This document shows, in pieces, positions 60,250-64,000 of a stretch of DNA of 64,000 nucleotides. Positions within the stretch are counted from its first letter, which is position 1, and every line of letters begins with the position of its first letter. The translations under genes were made by a program, and so were the position numbers. Origin of the DNA: a plasmid. The DNA lies in sequence record NZ_CP110904.1. One strand, given 5' to 3'. The notes under the pieces are model-generated. The model made no database searches. It had not been told where the DNA came from and saw only the letters and a list, made by a program, of their open reading frames with translations.

Positions 60250-60969
60250 CTACGCACTAGGCTTTGTGGTTAATTTAAACACCGTCAGTAATGCGTAGGG
60301 CACAGAGTCAAAATAGTGGATCTTTCTCACCCTTCCGGAAAGATGATAGCTATGCCCCAATAAAACATGATCCTGCACATTACCTGTTAATGCGAATCCA
60401 TCATTCTGCTTTTTGCCTGTAAAAGTAAAAAAGTAGCTGTGGGAGCCTTTTGAAAAAGCAGCTCGCACTTCTGTAAAAATGATATCAATACTCACTACAT
60501 CACCAATGCTGAAAGAATGCTCAACAGGTACATCAGCGTTTTCTGGCAAATCTTTAGAAACGGGTTGGTAAGTTGAGTAGAAAGATTCTAACTGACGAAC
60601 TGTTAAAAAGAGATTGTTGTTTAACTGCTGTGAAATGCTTACTGCAAACTTAGAATTATCGGCTTGTAACAATGCCAGGTGCCCGCTGTGCCTACGTTTC
60701 CAAGCGTCTAGATCGGGATTGCAGCGAAATTCCGGGATAGTTTCAAGAAATTCGATGCCCTCTTTCAGTACCAGTTTTTCCTCTGTGGCCGGTGACGTTT
60801 TGCTTCCATTACATGTCACGCAGACGGCGTTTGCGATTTCTCCTGTCCCTCCGCAGGCAAAGCATTCACGTGTGATCATGGCATAATAGTGCCCATCGTT
60901 ACCGTGGAAAGGCTTTACGACCGCTGGCAATAAATAACCATCGTGAGTAAAAAAAATTGAATGTTTCAT
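60250..60969 (-). CDS. DnaJ-type zinc-finger protein, 239 aa (paralogous N-terminal module to 32777-33244)
   Basis: CFACGGTGE...CVTCNGSKT. Confidence 0.5.
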   Translation of the reverse strand: MKHSIFFTHDGYLLPAVVKPFHGNDGHYYAMITRECFACGGTGEIANAVCVTCNGSKTSPATEEKLVLKEGIEFLETIPEFRCNPDLDAWKRRHSGHLALLQADNSKFAVSISQQLNNNLFLTVRQLESFYSTYQPVSKDLPENADVPVEHSFSIGDVVSIDIIFTEVRAAFSKGSHSYFFTFTGKKQNDGFALTGNVQDHVLLGHSYHLSGRVRKIHYFDSVPYALLTVFKLTTKPSA

Positions 60970-61166
60970 TTTTTAAGGTTCTCCAGACGTCCCTCCACGA
61001 TAAGTAAAGCGTCAGTCACTTTCTGTACATACTGATCATGTCCTTCTTCAAAATGATCAAAGCGCTTACCAGCGTTGATCTCAACAATGTTACGGTCGAG
61101 CGAGGCTTTCGCAATAAGTAAATCGTTAAAAGTATTAATGACGGTAAAATGTACAATCTTGTCCAT
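60966..61166 (-). CDS. hypothetical protein (66 aa)
   Basis: ATGA-coupled to the zinc-finger gene. Confidence 0.4.
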   Translation of the reverse strand: MDKIVHFTVINTFNDLLIAKASLDRNIVEINAGKRFDHFEEGHDQYVQKVTDALLIVEGRLENLKK

Positions 61167-61209
61167 AAATGGTAATCCCCCCATTTTTAGCAGAGGTCAA
61201 TAGTAGAAC

Positions 61210-62037
61210 TTAGGCTGTGCGCAGCTCATGTTGTCTTGGCGTATAACCACCCAGTGCCATATTCGGCCTTTCGTGATTATAAAACCACTGCCATTCTGTC
61301 GCGTAGCGTTGTAATTCATCCAGCGAACAAAATAAATACTGCCCCAGCCAGTCATAACGCACTGTCCGGTTATAGCGCTCAATATAAGCGTTTTGTTGCG
61401 GATTTCCCGGCTGAATAAAGTTGAGTTTTATTCCGTTATCCTCCGCCCAGTTTATTAATTCGTGGCTCGTGTATTCCGGGCCGTTGTCACATCTGATTGC
61501 GGCGGGTTTACCTCGCCATTCAATGATCTGCTCAAGTGTGCGTTTTACCCGACTGGACGGCAGCGAGAAGTCCACTTCTATTGCCAGGGCTTCCCGGTTG
61601 AAGTCATCAATAATGTTCAAAAGCCGAACTGAACGGCCATCTGAAAGCTGATCATGCATGAAGTCCATTGACCAGCATTCGTTGCTGTATTCCGGCACCG
61701 CAAGCGGCTCTGGCTTATCACGCTTCAGCCTCTTTTTAGGTTTGATCCGCATATTCAGTGATAATTCGCAGTAAATTCGATAAACGCGTTTATGGTTCCA
61801 GCGAAAACCTTTCACATTACGCAGGTACAAAAAGCACAAACCAAAACCCCAGTTCCGCTGGCTGCCTGTAATGCGCAGTAGCCAGCCAGCAATACGCTGA
61901 TTTTCTACAGAAAGACGTGGCAGATATCGATAGCACGTTTCACTGACAGAAAAAATCTGGCAGGCCAGGCGGATACTGATTTGCTGCGTGCTGACGGCGT
62001 GTCTGGCCATCTGTCGGCGTTGAGATGGCCTCACCAC
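61210..62037 (-). CDS. IS3-family OrfB (rve integrase core)
   Basis: DDE core (WSMDFMHD ... NGPEY ... [10 protein letters not shown]). Confidence 0.85.
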   Translation of the reverse strand: MVRPSQRRQMARHAVSTQQISIRLACQIFSVSETCYRYLPRLSVENQRIAGWLLRITGSQRNWGFGLCFLYLRNVKGFRWNHKRVYRIYCELSLNMRIKPKKRLKRDKPEPLAVPEYSNECWSMDFMHDQLSDGRSVRLLNIIDDFNREALAIEVDFSLPSSRVKRTLEQIIEWRGKPAAIRCDNGPEYTSHELINWAEDNGIKLNFIQPGNPQQNAYIERYNRTVRYDWLGQYLFCSLDELQRYATEWQWFYNHERPNMALGGYTPRQHELRTA

Positions 62038-62297
62038 TTTTTTGACATAGCTTCCTGAATAACTTCAGCTTTAAGTCGCTCTTCGGCATACATTTTCTTA
62101 AGACGCCGATTTTCATCTTCCAGTTCTTTGAGACGCGCCATCAGAGAGGCATCCATCCCGCCAAACTTTGACCGCCATTTATAGAAGCTGGCGCTGCTGA
62201 AGCCATGTTCCCGGCACAGCTCAGGGACCGGTGTTCCGGCTTCAGCCTGTTTCAGAATGGTCATGATTTGGCTGTCGGTGAAACGTGATTTTTTCAT
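62031..62297 (-). CDS. IS3-family OrfA (HTH)
   Basis: [50 protein letters not shown] -1 frameshift site AAAAAAG lies at the orfA/orfB overlap. Confidence 0.85.
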   Translation of the reverse strand: MKKSRFTDSQIMTILKQAEAGTPVPELCREHGFSSASFYKWRSKFGGMDASLMARLKELEDENRRLKKMYAEERLKAEVIQEAMSKKW

Positions 62298-62384
62298 AGA
62301 GATCTCCTCAGTTGAGATTACGAGAAAATTCTACTTATGAACACACTGCTTTTTCGGGAGGATTACCAAATTATCCTCAGCTAT

Positions 62385-63458
62385 CTACTCATTTGTCAAA
62401 AGGTCACGAATTTCGTTCAGTTCTGTAACCTTAGATTTTGGAATGATGATTGCAGTATTTTCATCATTTAGAAGACTTAATACAAGTTGAAGTTTTGCTT
62501 CATCTAAAGTGATCTTTACACTTTCATTTGTTTTTGTGATTAAAGTGTTACTGACGTTCATAAATAAATTAGAATGCTGTCCGTCTAAAATTAATTCTGT
62601 CAGTTTATTATTGTCTGACATTGTTGACCCTACATTATCAATCAAACCAATAAATTCATTTTTTAACCGTTCAGTTTTTTTATGTGAAAGACGTTTAATA
62701 CCTAACGAACTGCGAGTGATAGACTTTGTTTTAATGTCTTTAGGGTTAATATGTACAGGAGGTTTTTCCTGTTCTTCGAGTGGCTCACTGTTTGTTGCTG
62801 TTTCAACGGTTGTTGGTTTCGATAAATCAAGTACGCCAGAAGATGGCACTAAAAAAGAACAGGACTCCAAGTGTGCAAGGACTTTTGCATGATCATTGGA
62901 ATACTTCAACATGATTTCAATCGCGAGTGTTTTTTTAATAAGGTTTAGGCTGATTAAACGTTGCAGTTCTAAAGGCATATCAAGGATTTTAAGCTGATTG
63001 CGAATCGCTGTGCCAGACCGCTGATAGCGCATAGCAAGGGATTCAACGGTAGAGCCAAGCTTCAGGGTCTCTGCGAGTGCGTAAGCTAGTGCAACGGGAT
63101 TGAGACTGTTATTCCTGTTCCCATCAAGGTTCTCTAGGTATTCTTCGATTTTATCCTTGTAGTGCATAAGTACGACTGAAAAGAGCTGGATGTCAGCTCC
63201 TTCCGCGAGAGCAAGCAATAATGCTCTGTAACGACAATGCCCTTGCCGGACAACGTACTTGGAGTCCTTCTTTACTACCTTAATTAAATCAACACGTCGC
63301 CCCTCTTTATAGGCTTGCTTGAGAGAAATAATTGCCGATTTTACTGGCTCCTGTTCGTAACAAAGATCACCGATTACCGCTTCCCGTGGATTAAATCCAG
63401 GCTCGATAATAAGATCTTTTGGGCTGATTTCAATAATCTGATAGTCGCAATGATTCAT
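62385..63458 (-). CDS. ParB-like nuclease-domain protein 2 (about 357 aa), AT-rich
   Basis: RVDLIKVVKKDSKYVVRQGHCRYRALLLALAEG ParB N-terminal motif. RBS AGGTG before MNHCDYQ. The ORF track gives 63506. Confidence 0.65.
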   Translation of the reverse strand: MNHCDYQIIEISPKDLIIEPGFNPREAVIGDLCYEQEPVKSAIISLKQAYKEGRRVDLIKVVKKDSKYVVRQGHCRYRALLLALAEGADIQLFSVVLMHYKDKIEEYLENLDGNRNNSLNPVALAYALAETLKLGSTVESLAMRYQRSGTAIRNQLKILDMPLELQRLISLNLIKKTLAIEIMLKYSNDHAKVLAHLESCSFLVPSSGVLDLSKPTTVETATNSEPLEEQEKPPVHINPKDIKTKSITRSSLGIKRLSHKKTERLKNEFIGLIDNVGSTMSDNNKLTELILDGQHSNLFMNVSNTLITKTNESVKITLDEAKLQLVLSLLNDENTAIIIPKSKVTELNEIRDLLTNE

Positions 63459-64000
63459 ATAAGCACCTTTTTTTATTACATGATACATTAATGCTCTCAG
63501 ATTCAAACAACTCTGAAGGCATAAAAAACAAAATTTCTTTTAGTGGTTAGGTATCTTACTAATTCAAAAATAGGCTGTTTTAAAAATTAAATTAAAAAGA
63601 AAATCTGAATAGTTTGAATTTATCTTTCTTAATAACTTCATGCTAACTGATATTTTTTCCCGGCTGCATTCTATACAGGGTTTGTATCCAATCCTAAATT
63701 TGTAGGGCCAGAGCTCTTTCTCAGAGGGAATTTATCCCCGTTTTCCACAAGATAGATCAATTCTTTAGATCAATAGAGATCAATAGAGAACAATAAAGAT
63801 CACGACCATTGTAACGTGATGATTTTTAAAAGAAATAGCAATGATCCGGCATTCAGATGCATGCGAAAAGCATTTGATCGAATAAGAAAAGCATTTACTT
63901 GAATTGAAAAGGCATTTAGTTTAATGCGTGAAAAGCATTTGGACGAATAATCTATTCACAGCTAAATGTAGAAAGGGAAAAACATGGTGGGTAAGTTTAA

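Larger units (their letters stand above)
61187..62342 (-). mobile_element. IS3-family (IS407-group-like) insertion sequence
   Basis: orfA plus orfB with an A6G slippery site at 62037-62044. Imperfect terminal inverted repeats AGCAGAGGTCAATAGTAGAAC and AGCAGTGTGTTCATAAGTAGAAT. Confidence 0.75.

Overview
This 64 kb window looks like part of a large enterobacterial IncF-type plasmid. Its overall GC content is close to that of E. coli or Klebsiella, with several sharply AT-rich islands. The only replicon visible is a RepFIB/P1-RepA-type repA (42841-43722) with five origin iterons upstream and about nine incA-like iterons downstream. The rest is a dense, mostly minus-strand array of small acidic ORFs of unknown function, interspersed with anti-restriction or defence-like genes: at least five DNA or SAM methyltransferases, two ParB-like nuclease-domain proteins, an HNH nuclease with an ASCH-like partner, and a 793-aa PAPS-reductase/DndC-superfamily protein. 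Three toxin-antitoxin modules are present: relBE plus a Hok-family gene, a RES/Xre-DUF2384 pair, and a HigB-like toxin with a non-canonical 393-aa partner. Many insertion sequences are present: an IS30-family element, an ISNCY-like element, IS903 with a 9-bp target-site duplication, an IS3-family element carrying a nested IS110-family element, and a second IS3-family (IS407-group) element. Cargo genes include a cation-diffusion-facilitator efflux protein and a cytochrome-b561-like membrane protein. The most unusual content is a family of three full-length and one internally deleted ~800-aa secreted Ig-like repeat proteins that flank the replicon and have conserved ends and divergent cores. There are two dispersed cis-element families. 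One is a GGTTATTAG-N14-extended -10 promoter module found upstream of nine genes. The other is a palindromic AAAGTTACTTT repeat present in 14 copies. No rRNA, tRNA or CRISPR array was found. All functional calls rest on reading the six-frame translations and on remembered family signatures; nothing here was searched against a database.
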